NCBI GenBank assembly: GCA_002269645.1
Contig: NIVC01001426.1
Coordinates: 1-64,000, forward strand
DNA length: 64,000 nt
DNA from: Macrostomum lignano
Taxonomy: Eukaryota
Direction of reading: 5' to 3'
Position 1 is the stretch's first letter, and each line of letters starts with the position of its first letter. A model generated the notes under the pieces. It had not been told where the DNA came from and did not search any database. It was given only the letters and a program-made list of their open reading frames with translations. Position numbers and translations under genes: made by a program. Positions 45,374-56,870 of the stretch are shown here, one piece after another.

Positions 45374-47369
45374 CTGATGATTATTTATCAAAATTTATTC
45401 CTAAAGATTTTCACTGCCTAGACTGTAGACTGGTAGTCTGCAAATTTTATGCTGTAAATTATCCTAATAGTCAAAGTAACGTACTGAAGCCGAAGAAAAC
45501 GATTCAGTTTCTAAGAATTCCTTCGATGGGCTATTGCGATTGTATTTCAGTCAATCGGTTCCATATTTAGTGTAGATGCAGGCAGTAAAGCAGGTAGAAG
45601 TTGACATGACTCTTTGCTATTTGACGATTGAAGCTCTAACCAACCAAATTAGTCTGGCTAAAATCTGATCGCTAATGTGTTCAGTCATTTTTTATCTCTA
45701 CGAGCAAAAAGTATCGCATGCATTTTGGTATTTTCAAGTTGAAAGTGATAGGTTACAGATGCCAAGCACATTTCCATAGCTATACAATTAAAAAAATAGT
45801 TGGGATTGTACATGTACATAAGTTAGGGCTCTGATTTTTTTTCTTTTTAGAATATTCCACTGCTGCCACCAAAGTTGTGACTGCTGGACGGTTTTAATAA
45901 ATTTAATTATCCTACAGGTCGATCAATGTCTGAATTCGTGGGGGGATTTTTTATGGATCTGTTCTGCTGCATCATCGCAGTCATGGAGGTGAGGAGGGCG
46001 TTGACGTCGATGAAAGGTGCAGCAGGTGACAAAACAGTGATCGGGGATGAGACGGGAGGAGGCCATAGTCGGGGCGGCTGACGTTGCCGGCGGTTGTGGG
46101 CATGCATGCAGCTTGGGTCGGCAGGGACCGCGCCCTTTAGGAGCCGCTTCAGCAGAGGCTGTAGTGTGGTCGTCTTGGGACTGATAGATCTGATCGCCAG
46201 ATGAGTCAGTCGTTGATCGCGTGATGACGCTCATGGATAGCATAGTAATCTGGTCATCCTGGTCATCTCGTCATTTAAGCATTTGAAGCTCCTACTAGAG
46301 CCTTAAGTTCACATGAAATCCAAATTTATCCGATTTCTCCCCATAGAAATCTCCAAATGCTAAAGTTGGTCGGCTCCTCATTTGGAGCTATTTGGCTCCA
46401 AATGAAGGGGCCGGATTGGCGTGGATAATATTTGACAATATAAGATTATGTTGTAGCGCATAAGCTTAGGCAGTATGTAGCTAAGCTAAGTTTTCACAAC
46501 ACGAATTTCAGCTTAAGTAGCTATCAGTAGCGATACGAGCTAAATTTATCCTCACTATCAGATTTTCGTACAGCAATTTGCAAACTTCGGCAGTAAAAAA
46601 GTCAGATCACTCCGGATATTTTAAAGATTACTCTAAGCTTTAAACGTTAAAACAAGTTGAGCAACATAGCTTAACTGAACACTATATTTTTCAAATAAAG
46701 ATTTAGAAAGTAATATTTTGCTTTATACAGTTGAATTTATTTTTCAATAAAAATTTCAGTAGCTAGCCTACAAGAAAAATGACCTCGATTTATTTTCTAA
46801 GAAATCGTTTTTCCTTTTGTTATGTGGCAGTGGGGTTGCCACAGTTAATTAAATTTATTTTAATTGTCATTCAAATGCGTGCCAATATTTTCTTGCGTGA
46901 GTGCCAACCCGTGCGGCCAACTGTAGTTCAATGACCTCACCTTTCCCTCTGTTGGCCCCAAGTATGGGCCATTTGTTGAAATTTATTTTCCCAATTTCTG
47001 GCCCAATGCATATTCATTAGTTGTTTTTAATCTTTTTCTGCATGTTTTCAGTCAGTTTTACTCAATAGCCATTGCGTGGCCCCGGTGTTGGCGAGTTCAG
47101 GCCCCACACCTGGAATTAATATATATGTCTTACTATAAATAAGTTGCGCTCTGTTTAATTTCTGCAATCCCTCCTCTTTCGCTCCCCCTCTCCCTTCGGT
47201 TCGCTCTTTTGCTCTCGTCTTCTTACTGTTAGATTAGCGTATCAGTTTCTTTATTTTAAGTTTTTATTAGCGCATCTGCGCCCGTGAAATCAATCGTCAG
47301 TATAGCAATTTACTTTGATCTATAAATAACCTGCTCAAGCTATTAATAATCTGCTTAAATAATAAATAT

Positions 47370-47575
47370 CGACAACTTAAACCTTTAATATTTATTTCGT
47401 TGACATAAGCCATAGCCTATCTTGAATCATTTGCCCGTGGGGCGTAAAATAACCGAAGTCTCAACTCAAAGAAAGCTCTGAGACCCTTTACGTTCCGTAA
47501 TCCGTAAATTACGGTGGTGGCAGCAACTACCCTACTGAAAAATAACCAGCTCAGCAAATCGACACATTAATCTAC
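47370..47575 (+). mobile_element. LTR-retroelement relic with tRNA-Leu-type PBS
   Basis: TGGTGGCAGCA at 47515-47525 (complement of the tRNA-Leu 3' end CGCTGCCACCA); homologous to 7985-8210 (-) and more weakly to 48780-48830. Confidence 0.5.
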
Positions 47576-48779
47576 GGTGTCAGCAATCTCCGGTGTTTCT
47601 ATATCTGAACGACCGTGCCGCTCTACGACCGCTCCGCTACGATTACGACTACCCTCCCCCCGGACTTGAGAACCCGGCTGTCGGAATAAAAGAAGAAGAA
47701 ATTCGATGTAATTCGTCTGCGCGATTTTACGGCTTCATTGGGCGAACGCAACGCTAACCGGTTTCAAGGAAACCCCAATCCCAATTTCCAAATCATTTAT
47801 TTTCTTCTTTCTCCACCCCCACCTCAGTTACGTGCTGTCGCGCTGGTAGCTGTGCTTGCTTTTTTTGCGTGGAAAATACTAACGCCTTCGTTATTGTCGG
47901 ACGAGATCATTTTTGTAGTTTATTGTTTTTTGGTTGTTATGTTTGCAAAAATAAGAGCTTCGTATAATTTTTTGGTAAATCTGCGTTAGTTGCTAAGCCA
48001 AACAAGGCAATCTTCTCGAATCGTTCGTTTAATTATTTCCGGAATTATTTCGCCCTCTATTCAAGGGTGGTGGGGGGGGGGTTGGGGATTGGAATTAAAC
48101 GAACGATTCGAGAAGATAGTGTGGTAGGCGAGGCCTCCCACTACCTCCCACTGAATGTAACCTTATTTTCCACGGGGTGGATGATTTTACTCAGTGGATT
48201 CCGAACATTGACGTCACTTTCCCTGCGCGGAAAGCGTTTTACGCAAATGTAATTTACGCAAATGTTTTACGCAAATGTACTGCGTTTTCCATAGGGTCCA
48301 CCCGGTGTTTAGTCGTCACCACCCGGTGTACCCTCCCCTCTCCCCACCGTGTGTCTCTTTGGTGGCCCTAACCCGCTTCCGCCCGGTGGTTCCTAAGAAC
48401 CTAATTTAAGAGTCTGCGCCCCGCCTTTCCAGCCAGACTCTCGTGTCCTTTGCCCGAACTCCAAGGAATCCCGCCGACCCGACTCAGACCACTACGAGAG
48501 GCCCCTATCTTGTAAGCCCAGTATCCCGACCCGACCAGCTCCTTGTCCACCAATTTAAGTATAATATTAAGCGAATTGTTTTGTTATACTTAATCTTGCT
48601 ACTTAACTTAGTGCCGCCTAATAATAATAATTACCCAGTTTTCGGCCAACTATTTATACCGGCCCATTTAGTTCTGTGTGTGAAACGGTGTCTTAACTTC
48701 GTGACCTCGGATCGAAGCACTTTATTTTGACCCTTAGAGGTCTATCGAGAAGCGCTAGAGCAAACTCGAGCTAGTTTCC

Positions 48780-48965
48780 AGCTTTAGAGCTTTTCCCGCG
48801 TAAAATCGCGGTGGTGGCAGCGACCTACTACTATTAGTAACACTCTCGAGAAATTTTAGTTTATTTTGAAGTGCGGCCCTCATCGGCTACAAATCTCTGC
48901 ATTCGGCCTTCTGAACGTCGGCATACTAGACCGCTCAGCCGCGACCACAGCTACCCTCCCCCTGA
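48780..48965 (+). mobile_element. Third, more diverged tRNA-Leu-PBS relic
   Basis: TGGTGGCAGCG at 48812-48822 followed by CTACTACT and a downstream CTACCCTCCCCC, as in the 47.5 kb copy. Confidence 0.4.
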
Positions 48966-49065
48966 GCCTGAGGAACTCAGCAGCGGAGCTCCCCGTCATC
49001 TACAAGCCGAAATCTTCGTTAAGTTTGTTTGAAACGACAAAGCGCACCGATTCGAACGGACGAGA

Positions 49066-49402
49066 TGTAGCCGCGTATTCTTGAGTTTGGGCTGCCGGGA
49101 CTTCTTTAGTCAGAGAAAAACTTGATTTATTTGCGTTCCAGCTTGCTTGATTAAATAGACTGACCGCGATGGGGGAGGGCAGGGTGAAAAACGCAGCTTA
49201 GAAAATCCTAACCAATCGGATTTCGCCGATAGGGTAGGCACTAAGCACTCTATTGGTTGGGGCTCGTTATTCACGCGTTTTCAGCCAATCAGAAACAAAA
49301 AGAAATTTCTAGAAAAGGCTATACGCAGGGGTGGGGTGACGCAGAAAGAAATACGGAGAAAACACTAGAAGTGCACGCGCACGCAAATTGAGCACTATTA
49401 CA
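49066..49402 (-). repeat. 3' LTR of the Gypsy element
   Basis: Matches 54960-55296; PPT at about 49403-49415. Confidence 0.95.
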
Positions 49403-49658
49403 AAAGCTCCCCTTTCAACAGTTTAATGTCCTCATTAAACCCAAGGGGTGGAAACGACAGATGAAAGCTACTCCAATAGGGAAGAACAGAACCAGCTGTA
49501 GCAAATAGAACAATTCGAGATAACCGGGTTTCGAACAATTAAATCTAAATCAGGATTACTAAGCTAATAGATAGACGCTATTAAAAAGTTCTAGACCTAC
49601 GACCTATAAAGCAAAACTGCTGGCTACAACCAGTCAGTCAGTCCTCAACGTGCGTTAG

Positions 49659-52600
49659 TCAGTCCTCAGCGTCAACAAGTTGCCCTTCATCGTCACTACT
49701 GGCGTCCTGATCAGCACGCTGAGCAGACTGGGTCCGTTGCAGACACGCTCGCTTCAACTTGTTGACATGCACGACGCGCCCCTTGATCTCCCCGTCCGTG
49801 TAATTGATCGGCCGCACCAAGTAGTTGACAGGTGATGTCTTGCGCATGACTTTAAATGGGCCTGTCCACGGTGATTGATGCTTCGGAGGCAGACAGTTGG
49901 TCCTGGACAGCACAGCAGGCGGAACGAACAGCCACACTAGATCGCCGGTGCGAAACTTGCGCTTCTGGGCTTTCAGATCGTAGTACCGCTTCTGCCGTCG
50001 TTGAGCCGCGCCAGTTGACCTCCGCACAGTGTCAAAGGCGTCCTGCAGTCGTTGAATGGTCTCTACTGCGTACTGGCCGACGACGGATGGAGGCTCTGGG
50101 GACCGATAGACAACGTCCAATGGCAGAACCACCTCCCGGCCCGTCATCAGGAAATGTGGGGAAAATCCGGTCGTCGCGCTGATGCTGCTTCGATAGGCTA
50201 GGAGACAGTACGGCAGGGCGTCCTCCCAGTCCAGCGGATCGACAGTTTGAAGGTGGCAGCGCAACATCTGATGGAGTGTCCGATGAAATCTCTCCACGAG
50301 GCCGTCACATTGAGGATGATAACCCGACGTCCGAGTCTTGTCGACCCCCAATAGTGTACAGAGACTGCGAATAATGCGGCCATCGATGCTCTTGCCGCGG
50401 TCGGAGTGGAGAATATGCGGAGCACCCCACCTGGAGATCCAGTTGTTGAAGAGGGCCTTGGCAATTGTCGTCGCCTTCTCGTCCGGAATCGGCACCAGCT
50501 CCGTCCACTTGCTGAAGTAGTCGACGATGCTCAGGATCCGATCGTTGCCGTTTCTGGAAGCGCCGACCTTGACAATGTCGAACCCGACACGCTGCATTGG
50601 AAACCCTGCAGTGATGGACTGTAGCGGCGCCCGCTTGATAACCGGAGTCTTTGCCCGCTGGCAAACCTGGCATGACCGAACGGCCAACCGGACGCTCTCC
50701 GACATTTTTGGCCAGTAGCAACGCGTCTTTAGGCTGGCCAGCGTCTTGACTTCGCCCAGGTGGCCGACGTTGTGAATCTCGTCGACAAATTCGCGTTGTC
50801 GGCAGCGGGGAATGACGGGTACTGGCTTTGTGTTGACCAGCCTGTGCAGTGTACCGTTCACGAAACACAAGTCATGCACCTTCTGCGCCAGCACCAGGCT
50901 CTCCGGCGGTACTCGGTCGCGTTGTCGGTCGGTAAACCTAGTCTTGCCGTCGGCCAGCAGTCGGAACACCGGACTGATAACCGGATCCTGCAGCTGAAGC
51001 ACACGTAGCGTCGGTGGCCTGTTGTCTGCCGCTGGCGCTGCGGATTCATCTTCGTTGGTGTCGTCCTCGCTGCTGCTGTTTTCTTCGCTGTCGTCCGACC
51101 GGGGCTGATGGATTTGCTTGCGCCTTGATGGCACAGTGCTGACGCAGACATGCACATTGTCGGTCTGAACAGCTTCGTCGGTAGCCGTCGACACTAGCTT
51201 GATGGTCGCTGCGTTGATCTGGGCGGCAGCGGCGGCATCACTGTTTGCGTCGGTCTGGCAGGCAACCGAGGATGTCGTCCTGCTGGTGGTCTCATTTGTT
51301 GGTCGACACACCCGACACTGGTTGGTACAGCGCTGCTGCTGACGGGACAGCGCATCGGCGTTGTTGTGTTGACGGCCCGGCCGATAGAGTACTCTGAAGT
51401 CGAACTCGTCTAGCGTCTGCAGCCACCGCGCGAGTTGGCCTTCGGGCTCCTTGAATGTCAGCAGGTGCGTTAGAGACTGATGATCGACCCGCACGGTGAA
51501 CTTCCGAGGCAGCAGGTAATTCCGGAACTTCCTGACATGCTCAACGACGGACAGCAGCTCCCGCCTCGTTACACAATAGTTGCGCTCGGCTTTCGTTAGT
51601 GCTCTGCTGGAGTACGCGATGACTCGTTCTTCGCCCGCCTGCAGTTGAGAGAGTACCGCACCAATGGCGCAGTCGCTGGCGTCAGTGTCCAGAATGAACT
51701 CCGAGCTGGTCGCACTAGTATCCGGGAAGGCGAGAATCGGAGCAGAGGTCAGTGCTGCCTTCAGTTGGTCGAATGCTTCTTGGGCCTTGGGCGTCCACTG
51801 AAACCTTTCTGTCGGAACCGTCAGGCGTCGTAGCGGCTCGGCGATCTTTGAATAATCCCGAATGAACCGTCTATAGTAGGCTGCGAGACCTAGGAAGCTC
51901 TTGACCTCCTTGGAAGTTCGGGGTGTAGGCCAGTCTCGGATCGCAGCAGTCTTTGACTCGTCGACGGTGATACCCGACTTGGAAACTCGATGGCCCAAGA
52001 CGATCATCGTGGTGTTGGCGAAATGGCATTTAGATGGCTTCAAACGTAGGTTCGCGTCCCGCAGCCGCTCGAACACCGCCCGCAGCCGATAGTTGTGCTC
52101 CTCGATAGTCCGGCCCATGACAATAACGTCGTCGATGAAGACCAGGCACGCTTGCCAGGTCAGGCCTTGGAGCACCAGCTGCATGAGGCGTTGAAAGGTT
52201 GCCGGGGCATTGCGCAGACCAAACGGCATGACGTTGAACTCGAAGAGGCCTTGATGGCAGATGAAGGCAGTTTTTCTTTGTCGCGCTCCTCGACCTCAAC
52301 CTGCCAGTAGCCACTTTCCAGATCGAGTGCCGAAAAGTAGGCGTTGCCTTGCAGCGCATCGAGTGTGTCGTCGATCCTCGGAATTGGAAAAGCGTCCGGC
52401 TTGGTGACCTCATTGAGCAGTCGATAGTCTAAGCAAAAGCGCGCTGTCCCGTCCTTCTTACGAACAAGCACGATTGGCGAAGCCCAAGGCGATGAAGACG
52501 GCCGGATTACTCCTTGGTCAGCATGTCGTCGATCAATTCGGCCTGCTTGTCGATGACTGGACGCGCTGCACGCCGCAAACCCTGCCGGATCGGCCTTGCC

Positions 52601-53868
52601 CCGCCGGTGTCGATGCGATGCTGCAGGACTGCAGTTCGACCAGCGTTGCCAGGGGATGCAAAAACGGTGCTGAACTCTAACAGCAGATCCTTGACCGACT
52701 GTTGCTCTTCGACGGAGATGGAGCTTTCGATGTGCACGTCGTTCAACCAGTCGGTGCGAGGTAACTCTGTCGCTAAAGCTGTTGTTGATGTAGCCGTGCT
52801 GCCCGCGACCGTCGCCATCGTGCTGCCAATGGCCGTCGCCGCCGTGCTGCCAGCGGCCGTCGCCGCCGTGCTGCCAGCGGCCGTCGCCGCCGTGCTGCCA
52901 GCGGCCGTCGCCGCCGTGCTGCCAGCGGCCGTCGCCGCCGTGCTGCCAGCGGCTGTCGCCGCCGTGCTGCCAGCGGCCGTCGCCGCCGTGCTGCCAGTGG
53001 CCGTCGCCGCCGTGCTGCCAGCGGCCGTCGCCGCCGTGCTGCCAGCGGCCGTCGCCGCCGTGCTGCCAGCGGCCGTCGCCGCCGTGCTGCCAGCGGCACC
53101 CGATTGCTGAACGAATGGCTGACTTCCTAACGGGGAAAAGATGCCAACAATGTCGCCGTCGCTGATGTTGACCGTGTGGTCGTCGACGTTGATGACTGCT
53201 AGGCCCATGCCTCTCTCGACCAGCTTGGCAACACAACGACCCACAAGGAGCCCCTGTGATCTTGTGCCGGTGACGACTCCTGGACACTCCGATCGCGTCC
53301 ACGAGGCCGACTTTGCTGGTTTAACGGGGATTATCCAGCGCTCCCCTGGCTGCAGCTGCACGGAGGCCGCTGATACGAGCTTGCAGGTCTGTGCTGCCTC
53401 TTTACTTTTTCGAGCTGGAATCGACACGCCTAGGCTGTTGAAAGTGATGCAACCGGCTTGGAGATGGACCGAGACGTCGTGTTCACTGAGGAAGTCACAG
53501 CCCAGGATGACGGACGTCGGGTGAAGCTTCTCGAGTACGACGAAACGATGATGGACTTGTACGGTTCCCAGAGTCACTGCCAAAGTAGTCTCGCCCAGCA
53601 CAGACTGTAGGTTGCCATCCACGCCTCTTACGATGATGCTGCTGGGCTGCAGCCGCCGCCTAGCTTTCTTACATATGTCATCGCTGATGCAGGACACCTC
53701 TGCCCCGGTGTCGATCAGACAGTGGCGCCGTCGTCTAAGGATGCGCGCTGTGACGAAGCGCACCTGGCCAGGCTGGCAGCTGCTGAGGCGTGGTGTTGAG
53801 GCCGAATGCGTTAGTGCTGAGAGGGCCGGTGCTGGCCTCGTGAACCAGCCCCCTCGGCGTTTGGGCAA
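49659..53868 (-). CDS. pol: Gypsy Pol polyprotein (PR, RT, RNase H, IN), split by two 1 nt deletions in this sequence
   Basis: LIDTGAEVS (PR); SPWASPIVLVRKKDG..RFCLDYR, MPFGLRNAP, FIDD (RT); LDTDASD (RH); H..GHLG..C..C, FDIV, HSDRG and WTGPFKV (IN). Frame breaks at about 52510 and about 52270. Confidence 0.93.
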
Positions 53869-54935
53869 TTGCGTCGGATGTGGCCCGGCTGACCGCAGCC
53901 GAAACAGTTGGAACTAGCCGGTGATTGCTGTCGTTGCTGTCCTCGACCGCCAGATGAGGCAGGCTGCTGAGGCATTAGTGGTTTCGGTGGCGCTGAAATT
54001 TGGCTCTGTGGTGGTCTCGGTTGCTGGGGCTGGATTTCGCCACGGCCAGCATCCATGTAGGCCCGGGTTTCTCGAAGCTGCTGGGCTATTCGTAGAACCT
54101 GCTCCACCGTGCTTGGTGGTGTTGGTTGATTCAGTAGTCGCTCGGTGACGTAGCCGTCATTGAGACCATGCATGAACTGCTCGCTAACTGTCTGTTGGAC
54201 GTAAGCCTGAGCTCTTGGGTCCGGGTATGCCCTTGCAGCTAGCCGTTGAAGCTCCGTCAGGTACGTTTCGAAGCTCTCCTCTGGTCGACGCTGCCGAGCA
54301 CGGAACTCGCGGCGAAGTAGCGCTGCACTCTTGGCCCCGCCGTGACGAGACCGGAGGTGTTCAACGAGGCCCTCATAGCGGACACCAGGTAGCTGGTCCA
54401 GGGTTGTCCCCGGTGGCAGTCCGACGTAGGCACACTGGATCGCCAGCCAGGTGGTGTACGTTGCAAAGGCCGGTCCGAGGAACGCAGTCAGGGTGTTGAT
54501 CTTGTCGGCGTCTCGAATGCCTGGGAACCGGCTAATATAGGCGCTGATCCTGATGAGAAAGTCGTCGAAATCCTCCCGACCGTTGTACGGTGCAGGCTTA
54601 GGTACTGGCGGAAGAGCCGGTCCGGGATTGTAGTCTGGCAGCGCTGCGTATCCATGAGCTGGAGGATAGGCGTACTGCTGAATTGCTGAGGCCTGCCCTG
54701 ACGCTTGGTCGATGTCTTCAAGGAACGGGTTGGTTGAGACTTCCGCCGGGTGTGCCCTCTGAAGGTCGTTGGCAACGAGGAAGGGATTTGTGGCTTCGCT
54801 GACTGTGGACATCGACACGAAGGGGTTGGACGCGTTCGTAGACTCTGTAGAAACGGAAGCTGCCTCGTCGCCTGCGTTGCGCCGTCGCTCGACGAGACGT
54901 CCACGTAGTTCCAGGTAGTCGTCGTTATTCCACAT
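53811..54935 (-). CDS. gag: Gypsy Gag with CCHC zinc knuckle
   Basis: PAPYNGREDFDDF, FRARQRRPEESFETYLTELQRLAARAYP, QFMHGL and CFGCGQPGHIRRNC; first ATG at 54935. Confidence 0.92.
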   Translation of the reverse strand: MWNNDDYLELRGRLVERRRNAGDEAASVSTESTNASNPFVSMSTVSEATNPFLVANDLQRAHPAEVSTNPFLEDIDQASGQASAIQQYAYPPAHGYAALPDYNPGPALPPVPKPAPYNGREDFDDFLIRISAYISRFPGIRDADKINTLTAFLGPAFATYTTWLAIQCAYVGLPPGTTLDQLPGVRYEGLVEHLRSRHGGAKSAALLRREFRARQRRPEESFETYLTELQRLAARAYPDPRAQAYVQQTVSEQFMHGLNDGYVTERLLNQPTPPSTVEQVLRIAQQLRETRAYMDAGRGEIQPQQPRPPQSQISAPPKPLMPQQPASSGGRGQQRQQSPASSNCFGCGQPGHIRRNCPNAEGAGSRGQHRPSQH

Positions 54936-54959
54936 GTGGAAAACTGGCGTGGTCGCCAA

Positions 54960-55296
54960 TGTAGCCGCGTATTCTTGAGTTTGGGCTGCCGGGACTTCTT
55001 TAGTCAGAGAAAAACTTGATTTATTTGCGTTCCAGCTTGCTTGATTAAATAGACTGACCGCGATGGGGGAGGGCAGGGTGAAAAACGCAGCTTAGAAAAT
55101 CCTAACCAATCGGATTTCGCCGATAGGGTAGGCACTAAGCACTCTATTGGTTGGGGCTCGTTATTCACGCGTTTTCAGCCAATCAGAAACAAAAAGAAAT
55201 TTCTAGAAAAGGCTATACGCAGGGGTGGGGTGACGCAGAAAGAAATACGGAGAAAACACTAGAAGTGCACGCGCACGCAAATTGAGCACTATTACA
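54960..55296 (-). repeat. 5' LTR of the Gypsy element
   Basis: Followed on the minus strand by the PBS TGGCGACCACG. Confidence 0.95.
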
Positions 55297-55928
55297 GAGA
55301 ACGAACGAATATCAAGAGAATAGTTTTCAAACCCCCCCCCGGCCTCAATAGCCCCAAACAATTATGAAGTGACAACAACATAGCGTTTTATTTGGTTTGC
55401 ATTTGCACGTCAATCAATCAATTTAGATTATGCCTAGGCCTGTACATGTAATGATTGATTGAGTAACATGGTATAATATTGGTGTAGGCCCTAATGTTAA
55501 AATTTTGTTTCTTTTTTCAATTTCATTAACATAACAATCAATTTAAAATAAATAACACTTGCTAGGCGGCTAGGCCTAATTATTGTGTAAGAATGCAGTA
55601 GTGCTGTTTTAAAATAGGCGCTTAGCCTTAAACAATGCTTGAAATGCTATAGGCGATAGGCCTAATAAAAAGAAATTAGGCCCCCTACAGACTACATGTT
55701 AATTTTCTATTTGCAAAAATATTGTCTTGCCAAAAGTTTCTGTCTTTCAATAAGTTATGCCATTTTTGTTTTATGTTGTTTTGTGTCAGATTTTTCTCTA
55801 TTGACTGCTATTGCGCCAGAGTATACCAATATGGTGTATGTTCAACCTCCTTTGTGCTAGAATTATGTAAAAAAGGCCATCTTCCTAACTATGGGGCACA
55901 AGGAATGCAGTTGCAGTGTACTGTGTAG

Positions 55929-56321
55929 TAGAGGTCAGATGGGATCCCGATCCCAATCCCAAAATCTCGGGATCCCGAGAAAAATTGAATTCCCGCAGGA
56001 CCAGAATCCCGACCATAAAAAACTCAAGATTCGGGAACAGGTTTTTTGATTAATAATTTATAGAATTAGTGATTACTTGAAGGTATTTTGCTTTAACTTG
56101 TACTTGTTACATTATTTACTTTGTTAGTTACAAAACTTCATATCAATTTTGTTGTGTTTTACTTCTTGATCTTGACAATATTTTCTCAATTTTGTTTAAC
56201 TTTACATAGACAATACACTAAAAGACCTGATCCCAATTCCTGAATCCCGATCCCGATCCCAAGAAAAAAATTATTCCCGATCCCAATCCCGCCCAAAGAT
56301 TTCAGTCCCGTCCAACCTTTA
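55929..56321. mobile_element. hAT-type MITE (393 bp)
   Basis: Perfect 8 bp TSD CTGTGTAG (55921-55928 and 56322-56329); imperfect TIRs TAGAGGTCAGATGGGA / TCCCGTCCAACCTTTA; subterminal ATCCCG repeats. Confidence 0.8.
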
Positions 56322-56870
56322 CTGTGTAGTAGTGCTAGACCTATACAAAGGCACAAAGCAGGCCATGTAGTAGTTAAAATGTAACATATAAAATATAAAA
56401 TAAATAAAGAATGTATATTTAAAAATCTTAAATTGAAAATCTACTAGACTAATTTTAAGGATAAAATTTAAATTTTTTAAAATTTTTTGTTGCCTAAGAC
56501 TAAGTATAACTTTAAAGTATAACATTTCTAATTTTTTTTCTTATCTACCTTATTTTAGTTTTTATGCTAGTAATATTATTATAAAAATTAATAATAATAC
56601 TGTTTTTTGATGATTTTATAATATCTTTTTTATCTAAAAATGTTCTAGTACATAGTTGACACAATCCTATTGTTTCAAACAAGACTTTCATATTGTAGAA
56701 AGTTTAGTATATGCCAAAAAATTCTGGCATATAAATGCTTTAGCTGGCATACATATGGCATGTAAGGAGGAAATACAACTTTCTAACACAATCATTGGCT
56801 TATAATTCTTAACTATTTATTCTCAAGCTTATAGCACAGCGTACAAAAGCATTGAAGTAAGTATCATAAT

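Larger units (their letters stand above)
49066..55296 (-). mobile_element. Full-length Ty3/Gypsy LTR retrotransposon (6231 bp), 412/mdg1-like tRNA-Arg PBS
   Basis: 337 bp LTRs at 49066-49402 and 54960-55296 (TG..CA, identical by eye); 4 bp TSD GAGA; PBS TGGCGACCACG adjacent to the 5' LTR; PPT AAAGGGGAGC adjacent to the 3' LTR; gag-PR-RT-RH-IN order. Confidence 0.97.

Noticed and set aside
48700-48720. GACCTCGGATC resembling the 28S rRNA 5' end
   Set aside because: Match is about 11 nt and does not extend; expected by chance.
52773-53302. (WQHGGDGR)n and (PLAARRRR)n repeat proteins
   Set aside because: Alternative frames of the 24 bp repeat inside Gypsy pol.
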